DNA of 64,000 bases from Methanobacteriota archaeon. GTDB lineage: Archaea > Halobacteriota > Bog-38 > Methanoflorentales > Methanoflorentaceae. Within the stretch, counting starts at the first letter, position 1; each line of letters opens with the position of its first letter. The stretch lies in assembly GCA_963719035.1 (NCBI GenBank), contig CAVRAO010000008.1:384001-448000 (forward strand). Reading direction: 5' to 3'. Shown in pieces: positions 38,247-49,405 of this stretch. The notes beneath the pieces are model-generated. The model had not been told where the DNA came from. It worked only from the letters and a program-made list of their open reading frames with translations, and did not search any database. Made by a program: the position numbers and the translations under genes.

Positions 38247-39257
38247 ATGTCTCCTAAGTCATTCCAGTTTTACCGTACATTTGTCCCAAAGCTGCGTGGA
38301 CTGTGCGATCCCGTCGTTTTGTCCTTTGATAACACAACCTTTGTAAAATCGTACACGCTTGATCCCGCGGTTACCCCCCACCACTTTATTCATAGTGGCA
38401 ACTTTTTCTCGCAACCGTACGTGAAAAAGCCCGAACTGCGAACGAAGGAAAGGGTTCTTGATTTACAAGAGAAGCTTATCAACAAAAGAACTGATGGATT
38501 CATGACTCTCAATGTACCAGTAAACGGCAATTTGACAACGCCTTACTGGAAGCATGGTGAAACGGATCGTTTGAAAGCGATCGAAACGAGCTTAGAAGCT
38601 GCTCTTTGGACAAAAGAGAACACAAAACGACCTGATCTATTATACGCTGGCTTTGAGGTCGGCACATATCGTGATGCGAGTTATATATTCAAAAAAGCAG
38701 TGAATGCCGATCTGACTAACCTCTCAGCAGGATTTGGCCTTTTTTCTCGTCTGGCAAGATACCGTCAAGAAGATCGCCTAAAGCAGTTTGAGGTTCTCGC
38801 TGCATACAGTCAACTCTCACGCGAGTTTGAGGGCACACGCTTTCACGCCTCAGGAGGAAGCGCGTTGAACGTCCTTGAGCTTCTTGCTTACGCAAACGTG
38901 ACGTCAGCAGACGGCTCTAGCGCCGTCATAGCCGGGCTCGTATATGGCTCAGTCTTAACCGCAACGGGAAGGCTCGTCCGAGCGAATAAACTCACTCAAT
39001 GGGAGTGCAACTGCGAGTTTTGTTCGGGCCACCGTCCGTCTGACGTGGTTGAAGAACTCAAGCGCTCAGCTGAAGCGCGTGTACGGCACAACGTTCATGT
39101 GGTCCGCTTTTCATTAGCGCGAATAAATGATGCCCTCGCTAACAATACGATTGCAGAGCTCACCGAGCAGCGGCTTACTTTGTATGACAACAAAACACTT
39201 TGGAAATGCTTAGCCATAGTGAACAAAACCCCCCACGAGAGTGACCTATATGCTTAA
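38247..39257 (+). CDS. Divergent TGT-superfamily (transglycosylase-fold) protein
   Basis: Collinear with this window's TgtA: HSGNF/DSGSF, LNVP/IDIP, FHASG/VHLFG, ADGSS/FDSAA, LTATG/LTASG, CNCEFC..HN/CSCPVC..HN, ELTEQR/ELVERR. Confidence 0.8.
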   Translation: MSPKSFQFYRTFVPKLRGLCDPVVLSFDNTTFVKSYTLDPAVTPHHFIHSGNFFSQPYVKKPELRTKERVLDLQEKLINKRTDGFMTLNVPVNGNLTTPYWKHGETDRLKAIETSLEAALWTKENTKRPDLLYAGFEVGTYRDASYIFKKAVNADLTNLSAGFGLFSRLARYRQEDRLKQFEVLAAYSQLSREFEGTRFHASGGSALNVLELLAYANVTSADGSSAVIAGLVYGSVLTATGRLVRANKLTQWECNCEFCSGHRPSDVVEELKRSAEARVRHNVHVVRFSLARINDALANNTIAELTEQRLTLYDNKTLWKCLAIVNKTPHESDLYA

Positions 39258-39900
39258 AGCAGTGATGTTTGACTGGGATGGGACGCTTTTTAATTCAGTC
39301 ATCCCTACCTACGAGAGCTACTTGGTCGTCATGGACGCATTCGGCCTGCCAAATGTGACACTCGAGGAGTTTAGAGAACAGAGTCGGCCGAACTATCACG
39401 ATTATTACCGGTGGCTGGGGATCAGCGAGGATGACTGGATCGCCGCAGACGAGACCTGGATGAATGGCTACGCGCATTACAAAAAGGACTGCATCCTTTT
39501 TAACGGCACTAAAAACGCTTTGCGTGAACTGAAGGAAATGAATTTGAAGCTCGGGCTCGTTTCGAGTGGGTCTCGAGAACGCGTGACAAGCGAGGTGAAC
39601 GAGCAAAGAATTGAGTCCTACTTCGATTCGATGGTGTTCGGTGACGACGTTGGATTTGAGCACGGGAAGCCAGCGCCAGAAACCTTGCTTATGGCAGTAA
39701 AACGAGCGCGTGTCGTCGCATCGGAGGTGCTTTACGTCGGTGACATGGTTGAGGATATCCTCATGGGGAAAAAGGCAGGTACAAAAACTGCTGCAGTTCT
39801 CTGCGGTTTCGCGACTCCAGAGCTTCTGATGCGGGCACAGCCCGATTTAGTATTGCGCGACGTTAGCGCCCTCCCTAAAGCGATCAAAAAAGAGATGTGA
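39250..39900 (+). CDS. HAD-family phosphatase (PGP/PpaX-like)
   Basis: FDWDGTL.NS, GLVSS, KP.PE, YVGD...D; overlaps the TGT-like gene. Confidence 0.9.
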   Translation: MLKAVMFDWDGTLFNSVIPTYESYLVVMDAFGLPNVTLEEFREQSRPNYHDYYRWLGISEDDWIAADETWMNGYAHYKKDCILFNGTKNALRELKEMNLKLGLVSSGSRERVTSEVNEQRIESYFDSMVFGDDVGFEHGKPAPETLLMAVKRARVVASEVLYVGDMVEDILMGKKAGTKTAAVLCGFATPELLMRAQPDLVLRDVSALPKAIKKEM

Positions 39901-39913
39901 AGGGCTAGCCCCT

Positions 39914-40402
39914 TCATTCGACGCTAATGTGCGACTTTTCCTCTTCTGGTTGAACGCGCTTCAGTCTGACTTCAAGAACACCGTTTCGATAGGTTGCTTT
40001 TGCACTGTTGCGATCAACCTTGACGGGAAGCTCGACACTTTCAGAATATTTTCGAAACTCGTTCTGGGCTCTGATATCGAGTCTGCTTTCTGTAGCCTCG
40101 AGCTGCACGTCCGTTCGGTCAACGCCTGGCATCTCGGCGATGATGTGAACTTCGTCTTTCGTCTCCATAACGTCAATTAACGGCGTCCTCTCCTCATCCA
40201 TCTTGACGCTCTCGCCAAAGGGCTGAATATTCCCAAATTCTCGAACTTCGGGCGCTTCACCTGGATGCTGCGTCATTGAAAACCCATAAATGAATGGTTT
40301 AGGTTGCTTTCCTTCCTGCAGGTCGCGCAGCATCTGATCCATCAGCTCTTCGAACCCTCCCCCTAAAAAGTCATCAAAAAAACTTCTTCGTCTTTTCGCC
40401 AT
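39914..40402 (-). CDS. hsp20: Archaeal small heat-shock protein
   Basis: PFIYGFS, REFGN, PLIDV, AEMPGV, ATYRNGVLEV. Confidence 0.93.
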   Translation of the reverse strand: MAKRRRSFFDDFLGGGFEELMDQMLRDLQEGKQPKPFIYGFSMTQHPGEAPEVREFGNIQPFGESVKMDEERTPLIDVMETKDEVHIIAEMPGVDRTDVQLEATESRLDIRAQNEFRKYSESVELPVKVDRNSAKATYRNGVLEVRLKRVQPEEEKSHISVE

Positions 40403-40447
40403 TTTCTTTATCCTTCTCCTTATCTTTTACCTGATTGAGTGTTGACT

Positions 40448-42685
40448 TTATGCATAGCCTGTTGCTGGCGTAGCCGCTTTTTCCTTCACTTCTTCTTCTA
40501 TAACGGAAAACTTCGCAAACTCCTTAGCTATATTCTCGTACTGGTGCAGCATGTCGCGTGACGCTGTTGGCTTAACCCGATTGATAGCAGCGTAAAGATG
40601 GCCCTTATTAATCTTTATCGTTGCTGCGCCCTCGTTAACCTGCTCAGGCGTCATTTCGGGCTTAATAAAGTCTCTGAGAGCGAGCATCGCTGCTTCTCTG
40701 CAAATTGCTTCAATATCAGCACCAACGTACCCCTCAGTCTCTTTGGCAAGCTGCTCGATGTCAACGTCATCCGCGAGCGGTTTTCCGAGAAGGTGGATCG
40801 CGAATATTTGCGCGCGGCTCGACGCGTTTGGCGGCGGTATATAAACGAGACGATCGAGTCTTCCAGGCCTTAGGAGCGCGACATCGACCATGTCAGGGCG
40901 ATTCGTGGCGCCAATTACGACGACGTCCTTCAGTTCTTCGAGACCGTCAAGCTCGGTCAGCAGCTGGCTCACGACCCGTTCTGTCACGTGTGAGTCAGAA
41001 CTCGCCCCACGGGTTGGCGCTACAGCATCGAGTTCGTCAAACAAGATGATTGTCGGCGAAACTTGCTTGGCGCGCCGAAACGTCTCGCGCACACCTTTTT
41101 CAGATTCGCCTACCCACTTACTGAGCAGCTCAGGCCCTTTTATGCTAATAAAGTTGGCTTCGCTTTCCGTCGCGACCGCCTGAGCGAGGAGCGTCTTCCC
41201 CGTCCCGGGAGGCCCAAAGAGCAACACCCCCTTAGGCGGCCTCGTGTTGATGCTGCTAAACGCGTCCGCGAATTTTATTGGCCATTCGACGGCTTCTATA
41301 AGCTCTTGTTTGGCCGCTTCAAGGCCACCGACGTCTTGCCACTTGACATTAGGTGCTTCAACGAACACCTCGCGCATCGCGGAGGGTTCAATATTTTTCT
41401 GGACATCTTTGAAGTCCTCTGCATTTACCTGAAGCTTATCAAGCACCTCTTGCGGGATCTCTTGTTCAAGATCGATCTCAGGCAGAAGTCTTCGCAGCGC
41501 ATGCATGGCTGCTTCCTTTGATACGGCGGCGAGGTCAGCACCGACAAAGCCATGCGTCGTACGAGCAATGTCTTCGAGCTTTACGTCGTCCGCGATCGGC
41601 ATGCCCCGGGTGTGCACTTGCAGAATTTGGAGCCGCCCGGCCGCATCAGGCACGCCAATTTCAATTTCCCGGTCGAATCGACCAGGCCTCCGCAGCGCGG
41701 GGTCGATCCCTTCCGGGCGATTCGTCGCAGCAATCACCACGACTTGTCCTCGTGCTTCGAGGCCGTCCATTAACGCGAGTAGCTGCGCAACGACACGGCG
41801 TTCGACCTCCCCCGTCACTTCGCTCCGTTTTGGCGCGATAGCGTCGATCTCGTCGATAAAGATGATAGCAGGAGCGTTGTCTGACCCTTCCTTAAAGAGC
41901 TCTCGCAGGTGCTGTTCGCTCTCACCGTAAAACTTGCTCATGATCTCAGGGCCGCTGATGTTGATGAAATAGGCGTCCGTTTCATTTGCAACAGCTTTCG
42001 CGATGAGTGTTTTCCCGGTTCCAGGAGGACCGTAGAGTAGGACCCCTTTTGGTGGGTCGATGCCGAGCTTTTGGAAGAGCTCAGGGTGCCGCAGCGGCAG
42101 CTCGATCATTTCTCGTACCAGCCCGAGCTCTCGTTTCAGACCACCGATATCCTCGTAGGTCACGTGAGAGATAGAACGTTCCGCGACCACAGTAGGGGTC
42201 TCTTTCAGCGTTACTTGCGTGCTTTTTCCGGCTATAACGATACCTGCGGGTTGCGTGGCGGTAATAACAAAGGTTATCGGATTGCCTAGCATTTCAACTC
42301 TAAGCGTCTCCCCTTTCTGTACCGGGCGCCCTTCAAGGAATCTCATGAGGTAGTCCTCCCCGCCGACGATACGCACCGGCTGCGTTGGTGCGAGCGTGAT
42401 TTTCACCGCAGCATTCGATTTCGCTTTTCGAATGACGACCTTGTCGTCGATGCCCACATGGGCGTTTCCACGAATGTTGCCGTCAATTCTGATGATGCCA
42501 AGGCCGCGGTCTTCCGGATATGCGGGCCACACGATCGCGGCTGCTCGGTTGCGACCCGTTATCTCGATGATGTCGCCGCTTACGAGCCCGAGTTGTCGCA
42601 TGGTATCCATGTCGATTCGGGCAATTCCCCTCCCAGCATCGCGATGATATGCCTCAACGACCTTCAGAGTTACTTCTTCTGTCAT
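40448..42685 (-). CDS. cdc48: CDC48/VAT AAA+ ATPase
   Basis: N-domain plus two GPPGTGKT Walker A motifs, [19 protein letters not shown]. Confidence 0.97.
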   Translation of the reverse strand: MTEEVTLKVVEAYHRDAGRGIARIDMDTMRQLGLVSGDIIEITGRNRAAAIVWPAYPEDRGLGIIRIDGNIRGNAHVGIDDKVVIRKAKSNAAVKITLAPTQPVRIVGGEDYLMRFLEGRPVQKGETLRVEMLGNPITFVITATQPAGIVIAGKSTQVTLKETPTVVAERSISHVTYEDIGGLKRELGLVREMIELPLRHPELFQKLGIDPPKGVLLYGPPGTGKTLIAKAVANETDAYFINISGPEIMSKFYGESEQHLRELFKEGSDNAPAIIFIDEIDAIAPKRSEVTGEVERRVVAQLLALMDGLEARGQVVVIAATNRPEGIDPALRRPGRFDREIEIGVPDAAGRLQILQVHTRGMPIADDVKLEDIARTTHGFVGADLAAVSKEAAMHALRRLLPEIDLEQEIPQEVLDKLQVNAEDFKDVQKNIEPSAMREVFVEAPNVKWQDVGGLEAAKQELIEAVEWPIKFADAFSSINTRPPKGVLLFGPPGTGKTLLAQAVATESEANFISIKGPELLSKWVGESEKGVRETFRRAKQVSPTIILFDELDAVAPTRGASSDSHVTERVVSQLLTELDGLEELKDVVVIGATNRPDMVDVALLRPGRLDRLVYIPPPNASSRAQIFAIHLLGKPLADDVDIEQLAKETEGYVGADIEAICREAAMLALRDFIKPEMTPEQVNEGAATIKINKGHLYAAINRVKPTASRDMLHQYENIAKEFAKFSVIEEEVKEKAATPATGYA

Positions 42686-42740
42686 TTTTCGATTCTCTCC
42701 TATTTTGTTTGCGTGATACGCTTATGAGCTTCTGCAGTCC

Positions 42741-43394
42741 TTACCTCGCCAGCCAATACGTTCTGGCGTCTATTCTTCTGATTTTCCCTCTTTTTTCAAG
42801 GTTATGCAGCCGCTCGACGAGTATTTGGTCAGGTATCGCGAGTCCCGCAGACAGCTGGTCGGCCGTCTTGGGCCCTGTCAGCAGCAACGAAAGGATGTCA
42901 TATTCAACAAAGTCGCGCGATATTGCGTCGATCTTCCTTGCGCCGCGTGCCATGACCTCATTGATCAGCTCTTGGACCCTTCTCTGCGCCCCCATCAGCT
43001 CCCGGTGAGCCCCCCTTAGGCTATTGAGTGTCTCGGCAACGTCGGTCAAACTGTTCGTTTTGAGTTGTATTTCGCCAATAGGGGTTGGAAACTCGGCAAC
43101 GGTTGATTCGCTGTGTGCTGCGTTAGCGGATTCAACACCATAGCTAAACGGAGAGATTTGAATCTCGAGCAGCAGGTTATCAGCGATGTGAAAGTACTTC
43201 CGGCGTCGCTCGTCAACAAAGAACTGGATAATCCCTGCCCGCTCGAGCATGCCGAGATGACTGATCACCGCTTTCGGGGCCACGTGCAGTCTTTCTGAAA
43301 TCTCTGTGACGTAAAATGGCCGCAGCGACAGCAGCTTCAAAATGTTGCGGCGATTTTCATTGCCGAGAATGTCAAGGAGTCCTGCTTCGTCCAT
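42741..43394 (-). CDS. ArsR-family heat-shock regulator (HSR1/Phr type)
   Basis: LLDILGNENRR.IL.LL..RP.YV.EIS..PKAV..HL; heads the cdc48-hsp20 operon. Confidence 0.85.
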   Translation of the reverse strand: MDEAGLLDILGNENRRNILKLLSLRPFYVTEISERLHVAPKAVISHLGMLERAGIIQFFVDERRRKYFHIADNLLLEIQISPFSYGVESANAAHSESTVAEFPTPIGEIQLKTNSLTDVAETLNSLRGAHRELMGAQRRVQELINEVMARGARKIDAISRDFVEYDILSLLLTGPKTADQLSAGLAIPDQILVERLHNLEKRGKIRRIDARTYWLAR

Positions 43395-43434
43395 TGCTGT
43401 TTCGTAGCGTGTGACGGTCTGATAGATCGTAACA

Positions 43435-43449
43435 CTAACTTATAGTTAG
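43435..43449. promoter_or_regulatory. HSR1-type operator CTAAC-N5-GTTAG
   Basis: ctaac-ttata-gttag, between the minus-strand TATA box (~43459-43467) and the start codon. Confidence 0.85.
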
Positions 43450-43832
43450 TTTTGATGATATATAAAAGTTAGTCAAATTAGAACCGCCACGGAAAGGTAA
43501 GCAACAAGGAAAAATGCAGAACGTGCGCTCCTAATTGGTCGCTGCCGCAGAAGGGCTTCAGGACACCGACTCAAACGGCGCTGCGGCGAGACAGAATCTT
43601 GAGGCTTTGCGAAATCCGAGTCTCGCGTGCGACTGTCATGAGAAGGTGCAACCTTAATTCACTGAGCCCTTACATAGGGGCAAGACATTTGAGATACTAA
43701 CACGTAGAGACGCTCTCGCAGCGCGCGTCTTCAAATCGCGAAATGGCGTTCGTAGAACATCACAACGCATTTATATGCAAATTGACGTTGACTATTGGGT
43801 GCACTATTTCGATTCCGAACCTCGAACCGGGC

Positions 43833-44747
43833 ATGTCCAAGCAGAATGACGAACTGAAGCGCCGTGTATATGCGATCTTTCAGCCCATCCCTGTAGGCGA
43901 CGCCCGCATCGTTGCAGCGCGTCATGGGGATGCTTCCAGAGCTACGCGCGTACGCTTCTTTTTGATGGGGTTGATCTGGGTACTCGTGTTAGCCGTCATA
44001 CTAGCCAGCTACCCCGACGTATACCAAAGATATCACACCCTCTTTAACGCAGTGTTTGCCTTTGCAATCGTGGTTTTTACCATCGAACTGCTGCTCCGTG
44101 TGTGGTCGTGCACGGTAGATCCACGGTTTAGAGGCCCGATCAAAGGCAGACTAAAATGCCTCTTTACAACATCCCTGCTCGTAAATCTGCTTGTCATCGT
44201 GCCTTTTTATGTCAAGCCGTTCTTTCCAGGAGCGGACGTTTTCGTAAACGCGGCGATAATACTCATCGTCCTCAAGTTGCTCACGTACTCCAGTGTGTTC
44301 AACTTCGTCATCGATGTTCTGAAAGCGAAAAAAAACGAGCTTGTCACTGCACTGGCAATCGACGTAATCTTGTTGATAACGTTCTCAAGTTTTATGTTCA
44401 TCATTATGCATGCCTCGGACCCAAGCGGTTTTTCGAGCATTCCAGCTGCCGGGTGGTGGGCGGCGCAGACTCTGACCTCCGTAGGCTACGGCGATCTGGT
44501 GCCTGCGACCGCGCCCGGGCAATTCCTGGCAGTTTTTGCAATGTTCTTGGGCATTGCCACTTTTGCTATACCGATTGCGATTATTGGTGCCGGATTCACC
44601 GAGGCGTTTGAAACACGACGGAGCGGACCAAAACAAGCCACCGACCCGTGCAAATTGTTGAGCGATTTGGCTGAGCTCAAAGAACAGAAAATAATCAGCG
44701 AGGAGGAGTTTACAACCAAGAAAAATGAGCTCCTGGCGCGCCTCTGA
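43833..44747 (+). CDS. 6-TM Kv-like potassium channel with C-terminal SHOCT domain
   Basis: FSSIP..WW...TLTSVGYGD.VP.T; L.ELKEQ.IISEEEF..KK.ELL. Confidence 0.88.
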   Translation: MSKQNDELKRRVYAIFQPIPVGDARIVAARHGDASRATRVRFFLMGLIWVLVLAVILASYPDVYQRYHTLFNAVFAFAIVVFTIELLLRVWSCTVDPRFRGPIKGRLKCLFTTSLLVNLLVIVPFYVKPFFPGADVFVNAAIILIVLKLLTYSSVFNFVIDVLKAKKNELVTALAIDVILLITFSSFMFIIMHASDPSGFSSIPAAGWWAAQTLTSVGYGDLVPATAPGQFLAVFAMFLGIATFAIPIAIIGAGFTEAFETRRSGPKQATDPCKLLSDLAELKEQKIISEEEFTTKKNELLARL

Positions 44748-44882
44748 CCCGCCTCACTGGCCGAAACGTTGCCTCCAAGGGCCTCAGCATTTTGTTTGTT
44801 TTGAATGTGCATTCGAGAGCTGCGAAACCAAACCAGACCAATACGTTTTTCCCGTAAGGCGTTTCTCAGTGAAGGGGGTACA

Positions 44883-45569
44883 ATGGAAATTATCTTCGCG
44901 ATGGACATTCGAGGCGGGGTCGTCGTAAAAGGCTATAAGGGCGAGCGAGAGCGATACGAACCTATTGAACGCCATAGTAAGATCTGCACGACGTCAGATC
45001 CGTTGAACGTGATTGATACTATCAAGCCGAGAAGGACGTACATAGCGGATCTGGATAGGATCCTTGGCTCGGGCAGCAATTCACTTATCATCAAACGCCT
45101 CGGCACACGCACAAAAACGCTCATTGACCTCGGGATTCGTCGGCTTGATGACGTTCGAGAGGCTGAGCAAATTGGCGAAACCGCTATTATCGGCACCGAA
45201 ACGGGAAGCCTCGATGTTATTCGAGCAGCACAGTCGATGAGAGTCGCCGTAAGCATAGACGTGAAGGACGGAAGCGCGATGTCCCTCGATCCCGCACTGT
45301 CCGGAGACCCCCTTCAGGTTGTCGAAAGGATGAATCTCTACAAGATCAGTGCACTAATCGTGCTAAATATGAATTTAGTAGGAACGAAGCAGGGCGTTGA
45401 CTTTGATTTTATCGAGAGAGTCATCGATGTCTCAGGGCATCCGATTGTTGTCGCCGGCGGAATAAAGAACAGTGAAGAGTTGGACAAGCTTGAAGACCTC
45501 GGGGCTGCAGGCGTCGTTCTATCGACGGCAATTCACGAAGAGATCATCCCAGTTGATCTCGTACGATAG
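44883..45569 (+). CDS. HisA/HisF-related TIM-barrel protein
   Basis: D..GGVVV.G..GER..Y.P, YIADLD.I, GTET, VAGGI. Confidence 0.85.
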   Translation: MEIIFAMDIRGGVVVKGYKGERERYEPIERHSKICTTSDPLNVIDTIKPRRTYIADLDRILGSGSNSLIIKRLGTRTKTLIDLGIRRLDDVREAEQIGETAIIGTETGSLDVIRAAQSMRVAVSIDVKDGSAMSLDPALSGDPLQVVERMNLYKISALIVLNMNLVGTKQGVDFDFIERVIDVSGHPIVVAGGIKNSEELDKLEDLGAAGVVLSTAIHEEIIPVDLVR

Positions 45570-45633
45570 AGGGTGGGAACAACGTTAAAAAGGGCGGGTG
45601 AGCTGATCTCAAAGCCTATTTTCCGCCCAATGG

Positions 45634-45855
45634 TTACATTAAGAATCGGAAGGTACCGGTCGATCTCGTATTGCGACAAATGTGTGCGATAATCATCCCA
45701 CCCTTCTTTTTGAGTTCAATTAAGTGGTCAAAGACGTGATCCCCCAAGGGCTGTCGTACAATTGTAGATCGTTCAGTTTCGGCAATTGCTTCACCTATGC
45801 TTTCTGGCAACGACTCGATGCTGTTTTCCTTGAGCTCTTCAGTTGTCATTTTGTA
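45634..45855 (-). pseudogene. glnA: 3' remnant of a second glutamine synthetase
   Basis: YKMTTEELKENSIESLPESIGEAI..LGDHVFDHLIELKKK, frameshift, WDDYRTHLSQYEIDRYLPIL; similar to the C-terminus of 49406-50737. Confidence 0.85.
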
Positions 45856-46142
45856 TACTTAGGCACAAAGTGTAGCGAAGCGCCGTTAGCGTTTCGTACC
45901 TCGGCGATTACCTCACTAAAGAGGGCTCGGAGATCTTAAGCAGTCTCAACTTCGCTACTTCGGTTAGACAATGGTCCAACCTTTTTCATCTAGCCTCTGA
46001 ACGTCGCTCAACTCAACTGGCGATGTCTGCTATGTCAAGAAGACTTGACCTTTAGTTTGGAGTTAGGAAGTTTACTGTATATTACTGAAGTATTGTCAGC
46101 TGATGACAAAGCTTTATATATCATATTTTTGTATAACAAGTC

Positions 46143-46156
46143 GGAAGTAGGCATCC
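46143..46156. promoter_or_regulatory. Near-consensus NrpR operator upstream of amtB
   Basis: GGAA-gtaggc-ATCC (one mismatch), downstream of TTTATATA at 46113-46120. Confidence 0.6.
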
Positions 46157-46202
46157 TACTTCTTACTAAATACACGATGTCTATGAAAAACAGGTGTGAA
46201 AC

Positions 46203-47423
46203 ATGGTAACTGCTCTTCTTGATACGGGAGATACCGCTTGGATGCTGGTATCAACTGCTATGGTAATGTTAATGACCGTCCCGGGGTTGGCACTGTTCTA
46301 CGGCGGTCTCGTGAAGAAAGAAACCGTCCTTAATACGCTTTTCTTATCTTTTTCGGCGTATGCGATAGTGAGTATCATTTGGTTTATCTACGGGTACCCC
46401 GTGGTTTTTGGTGCAGATATCCACGGATTGATCGGCGCTCCGGGAGACTTCTTCTTCCACAACATGGTAGAGTCAAACACGCTCGTAGGAACGATACCAA
46501 CGAGCGTTTATGCAGCGTACCAAATGACGTTCGCCGCGATCACCGTTGCGCTGATTTCGGGTGCACTAATCGGACGGATAAAGTTTGGTGCGTGGATGCT
46601 ATTTGTTCCTCTGTGGGCCACCTTCGTCTATCTTCCCATTGCACATTGGGTCTGGGGTGGCGGCTGGCTTGCACAAATTGGTGCCCTTGATTTTGCAGGT
46701 GGCACTGTGGTGCATATCAACAGTGGTGTCGCCGCTCTCGCGCTTATATTGCTGTTGAAGGGTCGAAAGGATCAACGTTTACTACCTCACCAACTGGGGT
46801 ATACCATCATCGGTGCCGGCCTGCTTTGGTTTGGGTGGTTTGGCTTTAATGCAGGATCAGCGCTCGCTGCAGGACAGCTTGCGGGGTCGGCGTTTATCGT
46901 CACTAACACGTCCGCTGCTGCGGCCATGCTTTCGTGGATGCTAATTGAGTACCTTCGATTCCGCAAAGTGACCATGTTAGGCGCTGCCACAGGTCTCGTT
47001 GCAGGGCTCGTCGCAATTACACCTGCAGCAGGGTTCGTAAATATTCCAGCGGCTATGGTTATAGGTTTTGTAACTTCGATCGTATCATACACTGCCATTG
47101 CCATAATAAAGCCGCGACTCGGCTACGATGATGCATTAGACGTATTTGGCGTTCACGGGTTCTCGGGTATTTGGGGGGCCCTAGCTACAGGAATTTTCGC
47201 AAGTCCTTTCATAAACGCTCTCGGCACAGGTTTAGTTTATGGCAATCCAATGCAGTTAGTAATACAAGCTGTCGCAGTTGCCGCTACGTTCGCTTACTCG
47301 TTCGTAGTGACTTTGATTATCGGAAAGGTCATCGACCTAACCATTGGATTACGCGTGAGTGAAGGGGAGGAGGCCATTGGTCTGGATCAGGCGCTTCATG
47401 AAGAGTCTGCATACCACATTTGA
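46203..47423 (+). CDS. amtB: Ammonium transporter
   Basis: [51 protein letters not shown]. Confidence 0.97.
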   Translation: MVTALLDTGDTAWMLVSTAMVMLMTVPGLALFYGGLVKKETVLNTLFLSFSAYAIVSIIWFIYGYPVVFGADIHGLIGAPGDFFFHNMVESNTLVGTIPTSVYAAYQMTFAAITVALISGALIGRIKFGAWMLFVPLWATFVYLPIAHWVWGGGWLAQIGALDFAGGTVVHINSGVAALALILLLKGRKDQRLLPHQLGYTIIGAGLLWFGWFGFNAGSALAAGQLAGSAFIVTNTSAAAAMLSWMLIEYLRFRKVTMLGAATGLVAGLVAITPAAGFVNIPAAMVIGFVTSIVSYTAIAIIKPRLGYDDALDVFGVHGFSGIWGALATGIFASPFINALGTGLVYGNPMQLVIQAVAVAATFAYSFVVTLIIGKVIDLTIGLRVSEGEEAIGLDQALHEESAYHI

Positions 47424-47461
47424 CCTTTCTTATCTGTGCTCACGAAGGTGTTCAGAGGTAA

Positions 47462-47803
<342 letters not shown>

Positions 47804-48059
47804 GCGTAGCAGTCAACGAAAGCGCATTGCCTACATTTGTGACAAAAGATATAGTGGTGCGTAAGCTTGCTTTAGGTTTGCGGACGTGAAGAGATGTTCT
47901 TCTGTGCCCCGGTCGCTAGAGGGGGTTCCGCGTTGGGGCCCTCTTTCTGTTGATTCCCCCACCGAATCTGTCTGACGGTATGCGATTGGAGATTTAACGC
48001 GTAAGCGATCGAAATGACCTGTTCGTATGTGTACGCATAATTGAGCGCCGGCATAAACC

Positions 48060-48212
48060 AGCCGCTCTGCAAGTACGAACATCGGCAACCAAGCACCAGC
48101 CACTCGGAGTGAGCACCCGCTTAATTTCGCCACGTATAGCTTGAGGATGTTCAACGGTGTGAAGCACGTTCAAGCTAATGACCGCATTGAATAATGTATC
48201 GTCTAAAGGCAA
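48060..48212 (-). pseudogene. Class I SAM-methyltransferase fragment
   Basis: LP..D..F.AV.S..VLH.VE.P....EI.RVL.P.G; no motif I upstream. Confidence 0.55.
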
Positions 48213-48624
48213 AGCCGTTTTGTGAAACGGTTATCGGAGCTCGGCTCCCCTCTCTTTCCGACTCCTTCTACGTTAGTTATATGAGGATAATTTGCCCATC
48301 TCTTGGAGTATCGTTACTTTCAGGCATATAGTTCTCTCAAAATTTCGGCGCGTTCCATCCTCTGCTCCTGCACTCTAGGCGGTGTTTTTATCTCCACTCA
48401 GCTAAATTGCCCTTCGGCGTTGCTTAGTGTCCGCCCTCCGCCATCTTTTCCGCTATCACGGCTTTTCCGAATTTAAACTTGAACTTTTTCCGGAACTGCG
48501 AAAATGAAGAAAGAAAAAGGGGGACTGAAACTCCCTCACGAACCCTTTAACGCCTTTATCTCTTGGACGAGCTGCTGCACCTGCGGATCGCGCTGATTAA
48601 GCTCAATGGCTTTATCGAGACACC

Positions 48625-49062
48625 GCAGCGCCGCGCCAATTGCCAAGTGTTCCCAATTGTCCTTTGCAATTTTAGCCGAGCCTAAAGCATCAGTGAATAT
48701 AGGCACCCGCATTTTAATTTTCTTGCGCCACCCATACTCCGTTTCAGTATTCACGTTTTCAAAAAGTGCGGTATCAGGGCCCGCCTCGACACCCTCTGGC
48801 AGTCCTTCAGCTCCAACGGCATATCCTTGAATGTTAAGGTGTGAATAATCCACAGGGTAGTTTTTGTCGGTTCCGGCGGTTATCTCTCCGAATCGCGCAG
48901 GATAAAGAACTTCTCTGCCTTAAAAGAGGCTAACCAAGTCTCACAGCCCCCTTTACAGCCGTCTAAGCATCCAGTGTGCAAATCCCAGACATAGGGACTA
49001 CATTGTGCGAGAGCGGTTGAATGTGTCGTAACCTCATTGGCGTTAGGTCTTCTCAGATTCAT
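48625..49062 (-). pseudogene. 5' remnant of an FMN-binding glutamate-synthase-related gene, running into a TPR-like tail (to 48536)
   Basis: MNLRRPNANE..CLDGCKGGCE, frameshifts, REVLYP..FGEITAG.DKNYPVDYSHLNIQGYAVGA..PIFT.ALGS..NWEH.AIGAA. Confidence 0.75.
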
Positions 49063-49362
49063 GTACAATCGCCTCCATTTTTTGTTTATCCGTGTTTCTT
49101 GCACCACAGTAGAGTTAGCCTTTTTGAGTTTCTCAACAAGTTATCGTTTACAACAAACGTTATACCGCAGTCCAGTTAATTCTGAACGCGGCACCATCTA
49201 ACCGAGAATTTCTGAGAAGTGAGTTTCGGTTACAGTGGTCAGCAACGTAAATCTCTTGCATCAACTACTAACGTGAAATTAATTACCTTGTGTAATAATA
49301 TTGAAATCCTTTGATGGGATTTAATCGCTTGGAAATGTTTATAAATGAAGACGAACTAAAGC

Positions 49363-49376
49363 GGAATGAAAGTTCC
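49363..49376. promoter_or_regulatory. NrpR operator upstream of glnA
   Basis: GGAA-tgaaag-TTCC, downstream of TTTATAAA at 49338-49345. Confidence 0.85.
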
Positions 49377-49405
49377 TACTGAAGCGATGTCGACGGAGAT
49401 TTTAC

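Noticed and set aside
43500-43740. Possible structured ncRNA (hairpin gcccct-tacat-aggggc)
   Set aside because: Only one short hairpin; no recognisable SRP, RNase P, C/D box or riboswitch signature
49213-49226. AGAA-N6-TTCG as an extra NrpR operator
   Set aside because: Two mismatches in an 8-base consensus; not distinguishable from chance
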